64,000 nt of DNA from Chiloscyllium plagiosum (lineage: Eukaryota), in contig NC_057717.1 in NCBI RefSeq assembly GCF_004010195.1, positions 74,055,424 to 74,119,423 on the forward strand, read 5' to 3'. The notes under the pieces are model-generated. The model was not told where the DNA came from and did not search any database. It saw only the letters and a list, made by a program, of their open reading frames with translations. Position numbers and translations under genes: made by a program. Positions 13,266-27,300 of this stretch are shown one piece after another. Every line of letters begins with the position of its first letter. The stretch's first letter is position 1.

Positions 13266-13393
13266 CAATGGGATATCCACCATATGTTTTAAACTTTTAT
13301 GGGAGTTCGCTGTTGCTGATTTTTCTCATTATTTTAAGTGTTACAACAGTGTTACAACAGGATAGAACTACAGGAATCAACATTCAGATATAG
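13266..13393 (+). pseudogene. Putative transmembrane exon of the upstream VJ-C1 pseudogene
   Basis: Acceptor TTTCCTTTTCAG in phase 1 (compatible with the C1 donor) reads AMGYPPYVLNFYGSSLLLIFLIILSVTTVLQQ...*. Hydrophobic stretch, about 1.6 kb after the C1 exon; contains an 11-nt tandem duplication. Confidence 0.5.
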
Positions 13394-13714
13394 AATGTAT
13401 TCAGGTGCTTTGAATCCATTGGCATCTACATCGCTGTATCTGTCTTACTGTGCTGCTTACTTTTTAGATGTTAATTAACCTGGTGGTAGTGAAATTCGAT
13501 AAACAATTAGCTTTCTCTTTCTAACAGGGAATTGGAAAACTGATGCCAGATCACGTGAAAAGAAACAAGCAGTATACACTTGACTTTTTTTAATGTTGTC
13601 AATATTTGTGATTTCCTTTCAGTGGTTTTTATAATTGACCGTTTAATGTTTATGATTACAGCAAAGTACTGACATGTTAAAAGTGCAAAATGCAAAAATG
13701 CATTGTTAACCACT

Positions 13715-14760
13715 TTCTTTTTCCAATTCATTCAAGTGAGTGTCTCTGGCTGTGGAAACATTTATTTCCCATGAGTAATTACCTTTGAAAAATCGGCAAT
13801 AAACTGCGTTTCTTGAGCTGATGAATTTCATTTAGTTTGTGAAATTCCACAATGCTATTATAGAGATTGTTCCAAGATGTTGAACGAGCGACATTCAATT
13901 TTGACTTGGAAATGAAAATTGCAAGTAGCCATGATTCCATGTCTGTGTTGCTTATGTTTATCCAAATGTTAGCGGATTTGGATTTGGAAGGTGCTGCTTG
14001 TAGCCCTTTGGTGAACTCTTACAGTGGTCCTTGTAGGTCGTACACATTTCTGTTACTGAGCATCAGTAGTGGAAGAACTGAATAGCGGTTGCTCAGGTGC
14101 TTACAACACGGGCAGCTTTGTGCCTGGACGGTGTCAACCATAGAAAGAATTGTTGCAACGAATTTCGGCAAAAGTGGAGTATTCTATATCACGTTGTTTA
14201 ATTGTGTCTTGTATACAGTAGACAGGATTTTGCAAGTGGAAGGTGAGTTACTCGATGCAAGACCACTCGGTTCCCAATACGTACAGTTTCTGTTCTTAGC
14301 ATTGGTAAACCCCGGCATGCTGAAAATTGGGTGGTGGCTTCAGTAATGGTGATTCCGTGAATTTCAAGGAGGAATGGTTAGCTTCGTTCTTTCTAGAGGT
14401 CATTTATGCCTGATGTTTGTGCGGCACATAAGTTACTTGACACCTTTCAAACCAAACATAAACACCATGGACCTGCTGAATTTGTGAATGGATTACCTGT
14501 ATATCTGAGAATTCTCAAATGTTGTTGAATACTGTTTAGTGATCAGCAAACATTCCCACTTCTGATTTCATGATGGCCAGAAAATAAATGATGAACCCTA
14601 GCTAAAAGTGGTTTGGCCAAGAGGAACACTCTAAATAATTTCTTCAAAGATATCCTTCAGCTGAGATGAACGACTTCCAGGCACCACAATCATTGCCCTT
14701 GTGCAAGGTACGACACCAAATTGCGGAGAAATTCCTCCACTGATTCTATTGACTCAGTTC
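13715..14760 (-). mobile_element. Ancient non-LTR retrotransposon 3' part (CR1/L2-group RT)
   Basis: Minus strand SEVGMFADH (decayed FADD motif) near 14540; 3' end resembles the SINE tail at 19490. Confidence 0.55.
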
Positions 14761-14879
14761 CTTTTTTTGGGGGTGGTGGAGGAGGGGGTCGGTGTGTTCT
14801 TGCTTGCCAGGTACTGTCAAATGTGGGCTTCATTTCACGGACTGTCAGTTACACCACATGGGGGAATTCATCCCTTTCT

Positions 14880-16770
14880 ATCGGTAGGTAATGATGTTTT
14901 GAAGAGTGTCTACATTACAGAAAAGAAGGTGCTTGACGTCTTAAAACGCATAAAGTAGATAAAACCCCCAGACCTGACGAAATGTACGCCAGGACCTTGT
15001 GACAAGCGAGGGAGGAAACTGGAGAACTCCTGGAAGAGATATTTGCATCATTGACAGCGACGGATTAAGCATCTGAAGATTGAAGGGTGCTTAATAAGAC
15101 CATAAGACCAAAAGACATAGGAGTGGAAGTAAATGATGGATTCTAGAATTTTACCAACAACCGAGGTTAAGCTGATTGGCCTATAATTTTCCATCTTTTG
15201 CCTTGATCCTTTCTTGAACAATGCTGTGCCAATATTTAAGGAAGGCTGCAGGGAAATGGCTGGGAACTACAGATGTATCAGCCAAATGCTTGTGGTGGAT
15301 AAGTTGTTCGAGGGGATTCTGAGAAATAGGATCTAAAGGCATTTGGTGAAGTAAAAACTCATTTGGGATAGTTATTATGGCTTTGTAGGTGCGAAATTGT
15401 GTCTCACGAATTTGATTTTTTTGTGAAGAAGTGACGAAGAAAGTAAATGAGGGCAGTGCAATAGGTGTTGTCTACAGGGATTTTAGCAAGGCCTTTGACA
15501 AGGTACTACACATAGGTTTTTCAGTAAGTTTAAATCTCATGGAATCCAGGGAGAGCTAGCCAAATGAATACAAAATTGGCTTGATGGTAGAAGACAGAGG
15601 GTCGTGGTAGAGGGTTGTTCAGACTGGAGGCCTGTGATCAGCGTTCTTCCACAAGGATCGTGCTGGGTCCACTATTATTCGAAATATATATGGAATCCAG
15701 GGAGAGCTAGCCAAATGAATACAAAATTGGCTTGATGGTAGAAGACAGAGGGTCGTGGTAGAGGGTTGTTTTTCAGATTGGAGGCCTGTGATCAGCGTTC
15801 TTCCACAAGGATCGTGCTGGGTCCACTATTATTCGAAATATTTATGATTTAAAAGAGAATTTAGGGGATATGGTTAATACTTTTTCTGAATGACACCAAG
15901 ATTAGTGGTATAATGGAGAGTGAAGAAGGGTATCGGGAATGCAGAGAGATCTTGATCAACTTGGCAGCGTGCTGAGGACGATTAATTGAAATAAATTCAA
16001 AGTGTTGCATTTTTGTAAGGCAACCCAGGGAAGGAAATACACAGTCAATGTTAGAGCCCTGGGGCGTGATATAGAACAGACAGATCCAGGTATACAGGTT
16101 CATAGCTTCTTGAAAATTGAGTCGTAAGTAGACAGGGCGGTGAAGAAGGCTTTGGACACGCTAGCTTTCATCCGTCAGAGAATTGAGTATAGGAGTTGGG
16201 AAGTCTTATTGCAGCTGCACATGACTTTGCTGAGATCACATTTGGAGGACTGTGTGCAATTCTGGTCGCCTACTTTAGAAAGGAAATCATTAAACTCGGA
16301 ATACTGCAAAAAAAGATTTATTAGGATGCTACCTGGACAGGAAGCATTGAGTTACAAGGAGAGGTTGGATCGTTTGGTACTTTTCTCACTGCAGCATGGA
16401 ACAATGAAGGGTGACCTAATAGTGGTCGATAAAATCGTGAGAGGTATAGATAAGGTAGATAACCAACAGCATTTCCCCATAATAGGTGAGGTTCAAACTC
16501 GATGGCATAGATTTGACGTGAGAGGGAAGAAAGATAAAAAGAGTCCAGAGGGTCAATTAATTCACAGAGGGTGATGAGTGCCTGAAACGGGCTGCCAGAT
16601 GTTGACGTGCAAGTGAATACAATTTCATCATTTAAGAAACATTTGGGCAGATATATGGATGGAATAAGTATGGAGGGAAATGCATTAAATGCAAGCAGAT
16701 GTGGCTAGATGAATTTTGGAAACTGGGCAGCATAAGCAAGTTGGGCTGAAGGGCCTGGCCCCATGTCGAA
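14880..16770 (+). mobile_element. CR1 LINE ORF2 (RT) fragment
   Basis: DFSKAFDKV, PQGS-like, LEDCVQFWSP motifs and 3' UTR; internal ~151-bp tandem duplication. Confidence 0.85.
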
Positions 16771-17219
16771 TAAAGCAAAACTGCAGAATAATGCTTCCAT
16801 GTAATGATAACCGGATAATGATACTCGAACAGTTGAGATGATTTTTTAATTATTGGTATAAAGTAAAGAAAGGCATGACCTAGTTGTGATGATTAAAATA
16901 AACAATTATTGTTGGAGTTACAAAGGGACAAACTGCATCTTTACAGTTTTTGGTACAATGATGTATAAACTTATATTTGAAGCAAGAATTTTAGAGGTTA
17001 CATCAAGAAGAAGCGGTTTAACGAAAAGCGTCAAAGTGAATTGTAGCAAACATATGCCCAGAAAATCGTGCATGTCTCGAATGAATTGGGACTGGACCGA
17101 AAGCAAAGAAGAATAATGTGAAAGCTACCAAAAGGAGTAAATCAGTGGTGCCCCTACACAAGTATAGAAACTGCAGGGGACGTCAGGAAAGCAATTAGGA
17201 GAGAACTCTAGAATTCCTA

Positions 17220-17495
17220 TCGAGTTCATACTGCCCCTGCGAAAAGCATGTAATCCAACACCAACCCCTAAATTCTCCCTGTAACCTTGTGTTTCCCATT
17301 GTTAACAAATATAGCATGAACGTTAGTGGACACTATGGGCAATTTAGCATCACCAAACCACCTCATCTACATACCTTTGTTATGTGGGAGAAAACCAGAG
17401 CACCTGGAGCAAACCCACTCAGACATGGGGAGAATGTAAAAACTCCGTGGCGCTGAGTGACTGCAGTGCTATCCATTGAGGCACGTCATCACCCA
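17220..17495 (-). mobile_element. HE1-type SINE
   Basis: GGGCAATTTAGCAT..TGTGGGAGAAAACCAGAGCACC..GGGGAGAATG. Confidence 0.65.
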
Positions 17496-18309
17496 AGAAT
17501 AGAGAAGGCTTTTTTAAAAAGAAACCTGATAGTCCAGATTTTGGTGGATTTCAAGATATTTTACTAATATGTAAAACGAAAGAGAAGAAACAAAAGAGTA
17601 GGCCAATGGAGAGACCAAGAAAAAAATCTTTACGTGGAGCCAGAGAACCTCAGTTACTAGTGTTGGGTTCACTCTTGTTGGTGATAAACGATATGAATCA
17701 CCACCAATAATGGTAAGGATTTCAAATTTGAACTTAGGCTGTTGTCAGGAGCAATGAGTATATGTAGACTTTTATTAACCACAAAATGACTTTTCATTTT
17801 AAAATAACACAAAAAAATGGCTTCAAGTTATGATTTGACACCGTGAACCTGCATTTCTGCTTTGCTGAGTCAGCTGAATTAGAAGACAAAGCAGACAATG
17901 GAGTCTTCATAAAATGAATTATAAGACATTAACTGACCACTCGAACTAACCTTGAACGGCAAGTATTACATGATGATTTACATAAGATAAGAACCATTTC
18001 CCAGGAAATATCATTAGATTAGCCTGCTGTCAATCTTGTCACCTTATTACATTTGATTGATCTCTTCTTGTAACTAAGGCTGTGCTATCTCTTAAAACAA
18101 ACCTATAAATAATGTTTAATTTTCGAATGCACTTGCGCAATTTCACCACGGAACACAGAAGCTTTAACCTCTGTGTTGTTGAATAAAACTGCACCAGTCT
18201 GCCTTATTTAATTCAACTGTTAACCTTGCTTTATGCAAATCGCATTCCTGTTGATTGTTTTGACCAATCGTGAAACCAAGAGGTCCCTCCTGGGATCAAG
18301 ATTTTCAAT

Positions 18310-19040
18310 GGATGGTTGTTAAGTACGTTCTTGGATGACACAAAGATTGGCAGAGTGATAGACAGTGAGGAAGAAAATCTTAGGTCACTGATAAATATAT
18401 AAAGATTGATCAGAAGGGTTGTTCAATAAGAAATGGAGTTTGAGTGGTCAATAAATAGCAGAACTCTGAAAATGAGAGGAATAGAGAAATCTTGGATCCT
18501 TCACCACCGATCGCTGACGGTCGCAACACAGATTAACAGGACATTTACTAAGACATACGACATGCTTGACTTTATTAGGCGAGACAGAGATTATAAGAAC
18601 AAGGACATTATTTTCGAGCTGAATAGTACTTTGGTTAGGCCACAGCTGGGAGCATTTTGTATTGTTCTGCTCACCACACTATAATAAAGATGTCATTGCA
18701 TTGGAGAGGGTGGAGCAGAAATTTCCGACGGCGCTTCCTGTGATGGCGAGCTTTAGCTATCATGGGAGTCTATATTAGCATGGGCTATTTCGTGGAATCA
18801 GATATAATTGAAGGGGGTCCTGCCACTGGTCTATATGATTATGAGGGACATGGACAGGGTGGATAGTGAGCAGCTGTTCCATTGAATTGACAACTCAATA
18901 AAAAAAAGACGGGGAGAGAATTTATACGTGTAACTCAGGAGGTTTAGAAGTCATTTGAGGGAAGAGAATCATAGAGACTGTGACAGAGTTCTGGGTATGC
19001 TGGAATAGTGTAGTTGAGGCGAGTAATCACACAACATTAT
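18310..19040 (+). mobile_element. Old CR1 LINE fragment
   Basis: LDDTKIG, MEF, TLVRPQLG motifs. Confidence 0.7.
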
Positions 19041-19489
19041 GGTCCCTGTTTTCTTCTGCAGACTGTCGATGTTCACTTGGCATTCAGTGCAAAACGAACA
19101 TTCTGATGGAAAAGTGAAGAAAGTATTCATATTCATATGCCGATTGGTGAAATGTTTCTAAGTCTGAGTCGATTTTTTTATGTTCAATCAGAAAATTTCC
19201 TGCGTGGTATGTTTATTCAAGATGTCATCTGAATACATTTTAGATAAAATTTCAATTTGAGCCTTCAGCAGCTTTTGAGGAATTGAGGACCAAGTTGCTA
19301 CAATCTTCCTGTGGAATATATTACCTTTGCAGGCATCATATCACTCAGTTCTTTTTAAGATGTTGCCCATTGTATCCTAATCTCTACGGTAAATTTTGTA
19401 ACTTATTCAGATTTACTTCACAACAACATGGCATAATTACGACAAGCCAACTGAGTTTTTTTTAGCACACAGGTTCGTAGATATCTTTT

Positions 19490-19840
19490 CCTTATTCAAT
19501 CACAGAATGACGGCGTCGGTGGTTGGGCCAGTATTTATTGCCTATCCCTAATTGCCCAGAGGGAAGTTGCGAGTCAACCACATTTCTGCTGGTTTGATGT
19601 CACTTTTAGGCCAGACCACGAAAGGATAGCAGTTTCCTTCTCACTGCAATATGTGAACCAGATGGGTTATTTTTCAATAATAGAGAATGGATTCACGACC
19701 ATGATGACACTCTTAATTGCAGACTTTTGTTGCATTCAAATTCCACCATCATTTGCGGCAGAATTTGAGCTCCTGCCCTCAAAGCATTTCCTGTTGTCAG
19801 GACTAACAGCCAAGTGAGAATATCGCTAGGCTGTCCCCTC
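19490..19840 (-). mobile_element. SacSINE1/DeuSINE-like ancient SINE
   Basis: ATTTATTGCCTATCCCTAATTGCCC..GAGTCAACCACATT..GTGAACCAGATGGG, matching my recollection of this family. Degenerate plus-strand copies at ~8470-8650 and ~59130-59390. Confidence 0.6.
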
Positions 19841-22050
19841 GGCTACACCCTTGCTAGTGAAGGTGGAGGAAGCTGATATGACAGCAACGTTTAAAAGGCA
19901 TTTGGATGGGCTATTGAACTAGAAGAGATTAGCGGGCAGGTGGGATTAGTTTAGAATGGCACCATGCTCGGCGCAGACACGGTGGACCAAAGGGCCGATT
20001 CCTGTTCTATACTTTCTTATATGTAATTATTCAGCCTCAGTTGTTCCAAGGAGAACACACCTACCTATCAAATACACAATCATTGTTATATTCCCTTTCC
20101 TAACTTCAAACTCTGAAAGCTACTCCATACCATAATCAGAGCAAATTATCTCCTCTCCTTGTAATATGCGAAAAGGAGAAAAGATAAACTCCAGTTCCCC
20201 ACACCTGTCTAAATCATCTGTTGTGCGCCACGTGGACTTCTGTTCCTCAACACGCCTCAAATTCCATCCCTGTATTGAAATTACATACCATTCTACATAT
20301 CTTGCTCTATTTCCTAGAATAATTTGCAAAGTTTCTAAATTTCATTCCATTTCACATTTGTTTTCTTTACCACAAGAAACATACACTTTATATCTTCCTG
20401 TTGATGTTACTGTTTGTTACTATCAAACTTGGAGCTCCATTCCAGCTTGAAAACTCATTCTTCTTATCTCTCATTTGATTTTAGAACATTAATAAACATT
20501 TCTAATGACAAGTGGTGTTCTCTCAAATTAAGCTCTAAGTTACACAGCAACTTAGTGATTGATGAAAATTTCTTCCGAAACTCATTGAATGTGGGTCCAA
20601 ACTTGCACCATCTCTGAATTGCAACGGAAGTTTTGCCTTTGATCATATTGCTGCTGAGAACTTGCCTAGAAGTCTTGTTAAAATTAGTTCTGACAATATA
20701 TTCGGATCATATAGCAAATTTCCAGTTCTTCATTACGTTTAATCAAGTTAAGAAAAAGATCTTTCCGTATTATATCTATGTACATTCTCTCAGATTGTTG
20801 CATGCCTTCGTAGATGAAGTGATACAAACATTATTCCAGAATTAATTTGATTTTTATAACTGAAATTGAATTTGAAAAAAAAAATGGCGTTTAATCATGT
20901 TAGTGTGCTGAGGTGTTTGGTTATCATTCATGAAGTTTCAGCAGAACCATCACAAACTGTATTTTAGTGACAACAGATTAACAACAACTGGAATTGATAC
21001 AGTTAGAAATTGTTCAGGAAAGTTGTAGATGGGTGGTACATTCCAACTCTATCAATACCTTCTCATAAATAAACACATATAAAATTCTACTCAATATGTT
21101 TATGTGTCTAAGTTAATTTGCTATTTACACGTTTAGATTGTTTTTTTTTTTTGTTTTGCTTTCGCCAGTGAGGATTACGTAATTCATATGCTTTTTACAA
21201 TAATCCAATGGACGATTGACAAATATTATGCAGCATACCTTGCAATATGTTGAGTTTGTTGTTTGAACTAAACTTAATGTTAATCTGTAAGCACTTCGTG
21301 CACAGTTTTGATGCCGAATATTGCATGACCACAGAATTAACGTACACCACCTATAAGTGAAGTTACAGTCAGTACTAGACTCTTTGCGATTCCCTGCTCA
21401 GTTGTAGTGAGTGAACAACCTCCTCCAAAAGTCCCCCTGAATCACTTTTCCATGCCGCTGTCTGCTGGATGTTTTTCCACCTTTTAAGCATCGAGTTCTC
21501 AACAACCCCCTGCTCACTGTGGTGATCGAGCTGCCATCTCCAAGTATTCTCCTGAGTCACTTCCCAATATTACACTCTTGGATGCTCATCCTTCTGTTAA
21601 ACGCCGAGTCCCTCGTGATCCCTTGCTCAGTTGTGGTGAGCGTGCCAACTTCTCCAAGAATCTGCCTGACTACGATCATCTTTGGATACTGTTCCTTCAC
21701 CACGCCCTCTGCTGTGTGTGGAATAGCATCTCTGGAGATTCTCCTCCGTCATTTTTCACTACTGTTATCTGCAAGCATTCTTCTCCGTCTGCTTTCAACG
21801 TTGCCCGTGTTGAAAACTCTTCCACTTTCACCCAGAATCCCTCTCAGTCACTTCTCAGCACCACCATATATCTGAGCCCTTGATTCTGTTGAGTACGAGC
21901 TCTTCTACGATTCTTTATTCATTTGCAATTACAGAGCTGCCTTCTCCCAGAATTCTCCTCCGTTACTATTCTCCTCCATTGCATGCATTTCCTTCTGTCG
22001 ACGAGCAGCTTCTCTGTGATTCCATTCCTATTTGCAGTGAATGAGCAGAC

Positions 22051-22858
22051 ATCTCCCAGACGCCACTCTGGTTTATGCACTTTCTCCTGTTCAGAATCTG
22101 ATCGTCTGCGATCCAGTCTCAGTTGTGCTGACCAAGTGTGGGTCACTCAGAATCTGCCTTCATCTGTTTTCACTTCCACACTCTGTTTTACGTTCTTACT
22201 CTTTTTGACAACCGTGTCCTCTGTGATCATCTTCAATTGCAGTCTGTAAACTGACTTCTCCAAGCATCCTCCTCAGTCATTTATAATTGTCGCTCTCTGT
22301 GCAGTGGTGTTCCACAGTTAAATAATGGATCCTTTTCCATTACCCATATTAATGACATAAGATGATTTCTCGATGAATCTTCCTCGATCGATTTTCTCTA
22401 CTGCCACTTTTGGCTACAGTAACAGCCATTGAGCCATAAGTTCTTAGCAATCCCTTCTTTTGTAAATCTCCCAGACGCCACTCTGGTTTATGCACTTTCT
22501 CCTGTTCAGAATCTGATCGTCTGCGATCCAGTCTCAGTTGTGCTGACCAAGTGTGGGTCACTCAGAATCTGCCTTCGTCTGTTTTCACTTCCACACTCTG
22601 TTTTACGTTCTTACTCTTTTTGACAATCATCTTCAATTGCAGTCGGTGAATTGACTTCTCCAAGCATCCTCCTCAGTCATTTATAATTTATATGCAGTGG
22701 TATTCCACAGTTAAATAATGGATCCTTTTCCATTGCCCATATTAATGACATAAGATGATTTATCGATGAATCTTCCTCGATCGATTTTCTCTACTGCCAC
22801 TTTTGGCTACAGTAACAGCCATTGAGCACTAAGTTCTCAGCAATCCCTTCTTTTGTAA
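22051..22858. repeat. Near-identical ~415-bp tandem duplication within the array
   Basis: 22051-22465 repeated at 22466-22858 with few substitutions and two small deletions. Confidence 0.9.
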
Positions 22859-23374
22859 TATGCAAGCCGACTTCTCCCTGAATACCCTTCAGAAATTTCT
22901 GCTATGCTATGACAGTCGTTCCCCTTTGCGCCTCGCACAATGGAAAATCGCTATAGAAAGTCGCTATACACATTCTGCTGAAAATTTGTATGATCCAAAC
23001 AGCGCGCAAAATTCGTCAAATGCATTATAGCCAATTCCCTCCGATGATACACGCGTTATAGCAGAAAGACCTGTATTAAGCACTGGGTCCTTTGTGATTC
23101 CATCTTCAGTTCCAGTGAGTGAGACGACTTCTCCAAGAATTCTCGCCAATATCTTGTCACTCAAGATGTGTGGTGCTGAAAAAGCACAGCAAGTCAGACA
23201 ACATCCGAGGAGCAGGAGATTCGACGTTTCGGGAATAAGCCCTTAATCATTAAACTTTTCTGATTAACAACATTTTATGGTGGCCTTTCTCCAATTCAGC
23301 CACATGTCTACCATGATACCTTACTTAGCTTTGGTGAACGATATGACTGCTTCCAGCATTCTCCTGCGAGGGTA

Positions 23375-23645
23375 TAATGCTGGCTCAGTGGTTAGCACTG
23401 CTGCCTCAAAACACCAGGGACTAGTGTTCAAAGCCCCTCTTTGGTGACTGTGGAGTTTCCATATTCTCCACGTGTTTGTGCGGGATTCCTTTCAAAGATG
23501 TTCAGGTTAGGAGAATCAGTTATTCTAAATTGCCCATAGTGTTAGTTGCATTAGTCAGAAGGAAGTGAATCTGAGTGGGATACCCTTCGGAGTAGACTTG
23601 TTGGGTCAAATGGCCTATTGCCACACTGTAAGTAATCTAATCTAG
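23375..23645 (+). mobile_element. HE1-type SINE inserted in the tandem array
   Basis: TGGCTCAGTGGTTAGCACTGCTGCCTCA (pol III A box), GTTCAAA B-box-like, TAATCTAATCTA tail. Confidence 0.75.
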
Positions 23646-25569
23646 TCACTTTCACGATCCTCCTCTGTAGAGTATTCTTTTAACCAAAGCCTTCTCCGTG
23701 ATCTCCTCTTCAAATATAGTGAATTCTCCCATAATCGGCATCATGCTTTTTTCATTACTGTTGCCACATTTAAGAGCAGTTCCTCCGGTTGAGCATTGTC
23801 CATCGTGATCGCCTCCACAAATGGATTGCATGAAGCAACATCTCTTTGAAACCTCCTCAGTCACTCCTCTGATGTAGCATGGTCATCTTCCTGTTGTGCA
23901 CAGGGTTGTCTGCAATTCCCCAATCAGTTGCAGTGAGTAAGCTGAAATCCGCCAAAAACTGTTTTGCCTATCACTTTCTGTTAGATGCGTGTCCTCCTGT
24001 TGAGCACTGGAATTCTGCGATCATCTCCTTAATTATGATGACCAACCGGTCTTGTCCAAGAATCCTAATTCTACACTTCTTGATATCATAGTCAGCCGAA
24101 CACACTTCCTCCTACTGAGGCATCAGGTCCTTCGCAGAACCCTTCCTTTGTTGTGGTGATCTAATCGACTTCGCCCAGAATCATCCAGAGGCATTTTTCA
24201 TTGCTGCTTCTGTTAAATGCTTTTCTTCCTGTTGAGCAGTAATCCTCTACGGTCCCCACCTCAATTGTGATGATAGAGCTGACTTCTCCAAGAATCATAC
24301 TCATTAATGTTTCAATGTCGCTGTATGTTGGATGCCCTTCCTGATCATGAGCAGCAGGTCCTCACCAATCATCTGCTCACTTGAGATGACCGTCTCGACT
24401 TCGCATGAATACCTTCTCAGCCTGTCTTCACTACTGACATCTACAGGAAGAACTTCTTCCGTTTGATCACCATGTTCTCCATGTGCCAGTCTTGTTATGA
24501 GAGAACCGGCATGTCCAAGAATACTCTAAGAGTATGAAGAAATCTTACAACTGCACATTGTGGGATGCTATGTATTACATTGCATTTGGCGAGCTTGGGT
24601 GCTTCCACGGTCCCCTCTTCAGAGGTATTTGTAGTGATGATTTCTTCACAAAACTACTTCAGTCACTTCTACCTCAATCTGTTGGTTGACTTTCAATTCG
24701 TGTTAAGCATTGTATCCACTGCGAACCCCTCCTTAGTTGTGCTGAGCAACTCAGCTTGTGCCAGAATCCTTCAGAGCTATTTATACGTAGTCCTCACTAT
24801 TGGATACTTTTCATTCTGTTGAACACAAGATACACTGCAATTTCCTTGTTGGTTGTGGGGACAGATCTGATTTATTGATTCATACAGTGTAGAAAAGGTT
24901 ATTCAGAACCAATCTTCCTGCGACTCCACTATCAAGGAGCAATGAACTTGCACTCCAAGGTCTTTTCGTTCAGCGCACTCGCCAAGACCTCGCCATTACG
25001 TCTATAAACCCTGCCCTGATTTGCCTTTCCAAAATGCTGCACCGCACAGCATTTATGAACAACAGAATTCGGACCACAAAAAATAATCAAAAAATGAAAC
25101 TTCACGGCTGACCTTGAAGAGACCTCGTTATCAGAACTAATTGCAGTTGGGGATCAGTTGATTTTTTTTGAGCTTTAAGAACATAGATCTGAATGCGAAA
25201 ACTGAAAGAACGGTCGATTCCATAATCAGAAACAAACAAAGAAATTGTTGGAAAACCTGAGAAGGTCTGGCAGCATCTGTGAGAGAAATCAGAGTTAGTG
25301 TTTCCGTAGAACTCTTTAGTCTTAAATCTTTCTCAATGTAAAGAGTCATTTCCCTCACATTTAATTTAAAAAAAAAACACAGGTAGCTAAAATTAAACAA
25401 ATGTTCTCACCTAAGTCTTAATTAAAGCTATCGGAGTCTACGTGGCAATGTTTATGTCTGTTGGGATCTTTCATCCATCACATCGGTTCAGATCTGCCCT
25501 AAACCCTGAATGGATCTGCTTAAAACTGTTCAAATGTCGGACCCGTGCGCCCAACCTGCTACCCCACAG

Positions 25570-26975
25570 AGGTGAACCGCTCTGTTAATTGATTCAAACG
25601 CTCAGCATGTTGTTCTTCTGTGTTCTTCCAATGCATCTGCCTCTGCCCCATCTGCTTGGAAGTGGAGACATTCCACTTCCAAGCCTCCCAGATGTCCACC
25701 TTTTTCGAACAACCCTGCTTTTCCTCCCCCTGTAATCCAAGCAGACCTCCACTGCATCACATCCATTCTCTGTTCCACTCTTCTAAACCCCACCCCCACC
25801 AAACGCAACAAAAACAGAGACTCCTTGTTGTCACCCACCACCCCACCAGTCTCCGCACATAGCGCATCATCCATAAAATCTTCTACCAAACGAAAATAGT
25901 GGTGGAGTCGAGTTGGAATTGGCGGAGACTGATGGGATGGTAGGTGATGAGAAAGGGACTCTCTCTTTATTGCGTTTGGAAGGGGGTATAGAGCAGTCGA
26001 ATGGGGAACGGAGGGGATGCGGTGGAGGGCTGTCTGGATGACAGAGGGAGGTCAAACACGTTGTTCAAATAGGTGGACACCTCGAATAGTTGGGAGTTGA
26101 ATGTCTCCTCGCCCGAGAAATACGGCAGAGGCCGAGGAATTGGGAGAACATGGTGGAACAATGTGTTTTTCCTCCCTCTGGCATGCAGACAGCCGTACAC
26201 CGCATCACATCCACTCCCGATTCCACTGCTCTAAACCACCCCAAATGCAATAAAGAAAGAGTCACCCTGCTCCTCACCTACCACCCCACTGGTCTCTACA
26301 TCCAGTGCACCCCCCCCCCCCACCGAAACACCAGGTACTTTCCCTTGCAAGCAGAAAAGACGCAAAATCTGCTGGTACATACCTATTCAGGCCCCAAATA
26401 CTCCTTCATGGTGAGACAAAAGTTCACCGGCGTCTCTTCCACTCCAGTATTATGCATCCGTGATCGCGATATGGCATTTTCTACATTAAGGAGACCAAAC
26501 ATAAACATAAGGAATGGTTCGCTGAGCATTTCAGCCAGGTCCACAGGGGCTGACCATAACTCCCAGTCACTGTCCATGTTAATTCCCCTTCTCATTCCAT
26601 TTCCGACATGGCCATCCTTGGCCTCTTCTATTGCCACAATGAACCAAACCGCAAACTGGAGAAACAGCACCTCATTGAGATGTCCAATTTCAAATAACCT
26701 CCCTTCCCATCACCACACCTACTTCTCAGCCCCACCCGGATCTTGCACCCCTCTCTTTTACCAACCAGATGCATTCCTCCCACCAACCAACCTGGTTGCA
26801 CCCTCTAACTGGTTTCACATATACCCACTTCACCACCTTGCACCCGTCAAGCCTTTTATCTGCAGCTTGCCCTACACTCATATCCATTCCTGAAAAGGGT
26901 TGCACCAGAAACATCGCCTTCTCCGCCTCCTCTGCTGCCTGTCTTGCTGTGCTCTTCTAGACTCCTGCTTGTCTA
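25570..26975. mobile_element. Older Penelope fragments in alternating orientation (+/-/+)
   Basis: Similarity to the 32.3-34.4 kb element (TYHPT, linker and GIY-YIG-region remnants); degenerate terminus CCTGAAAAGGGTTGCACCAGAAACATCG near 26890. Confidence 0.7.
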
Positions 26976-26984
26976 CTTAAAAAT

Positions 26985-27300
26985 AGATAAGGCGTACGAA
27001 TGTCTAAGAGAGATTATTCTGTTGGAGGAGTTTAAAAACTCACTTCACCAGAGATGATAAGATTTCATGCGGATGAACAGAAATTTTATTAAGTGAGAAG
27101 AGCAGCAAAGATGGCAGATGAATATGCATTAGTGCATACGGTGAAATGTAGCTTCCAACAAGAATTTCACCCTTGGGAACAATAGAAATTGGAAGAAGAG
27201 GAGATCCTTCACTGCAAAAGCAACAGTAGAGCACACTGGTAATAGTTTACCACAGGTGAATAAAGAAGCCCAAAGGGTGAAAAGAATGAGAAAGGTCGTA
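26985..27300 (+). mobile_element. Gmr1-like gag (SCAN-related) fragment
   Basis: LREIILLEEFKNSL..HADEQ..MADEYALVH, homologous to 35640-35770. Confidence 0.6.

Larger units (their letters stand above)
21375..24850. repeat. Highly diverged ~113-117-bp tandem repeat array (main block)
   Basis: Recurrent CTCAGTTGTGGTGA...CTTCTCCAAGAATCC..CAGTCA units; anchors at 21399, 21515 and 21628. Confidence 0.75.

Noticed and set aside
17661-18300. Possible solo LTR (TG start, TATAAA, AATAAA) interrupting a CR1
   Set aside because: No second copy or clear TSD in the window, so it cannot be supported by eye.
21375-24850. CRISPR-like array
   Set aside because: Eukaryotic context; whole units are divergent copies with no constant repeat and unique spacer structure, and there are no cas genes.
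26090-26893. Longest ORF in the track (267 aa)
   Set aside because: Chance read-through of inverted, frameshifted Penelope fragments, not a host gene.
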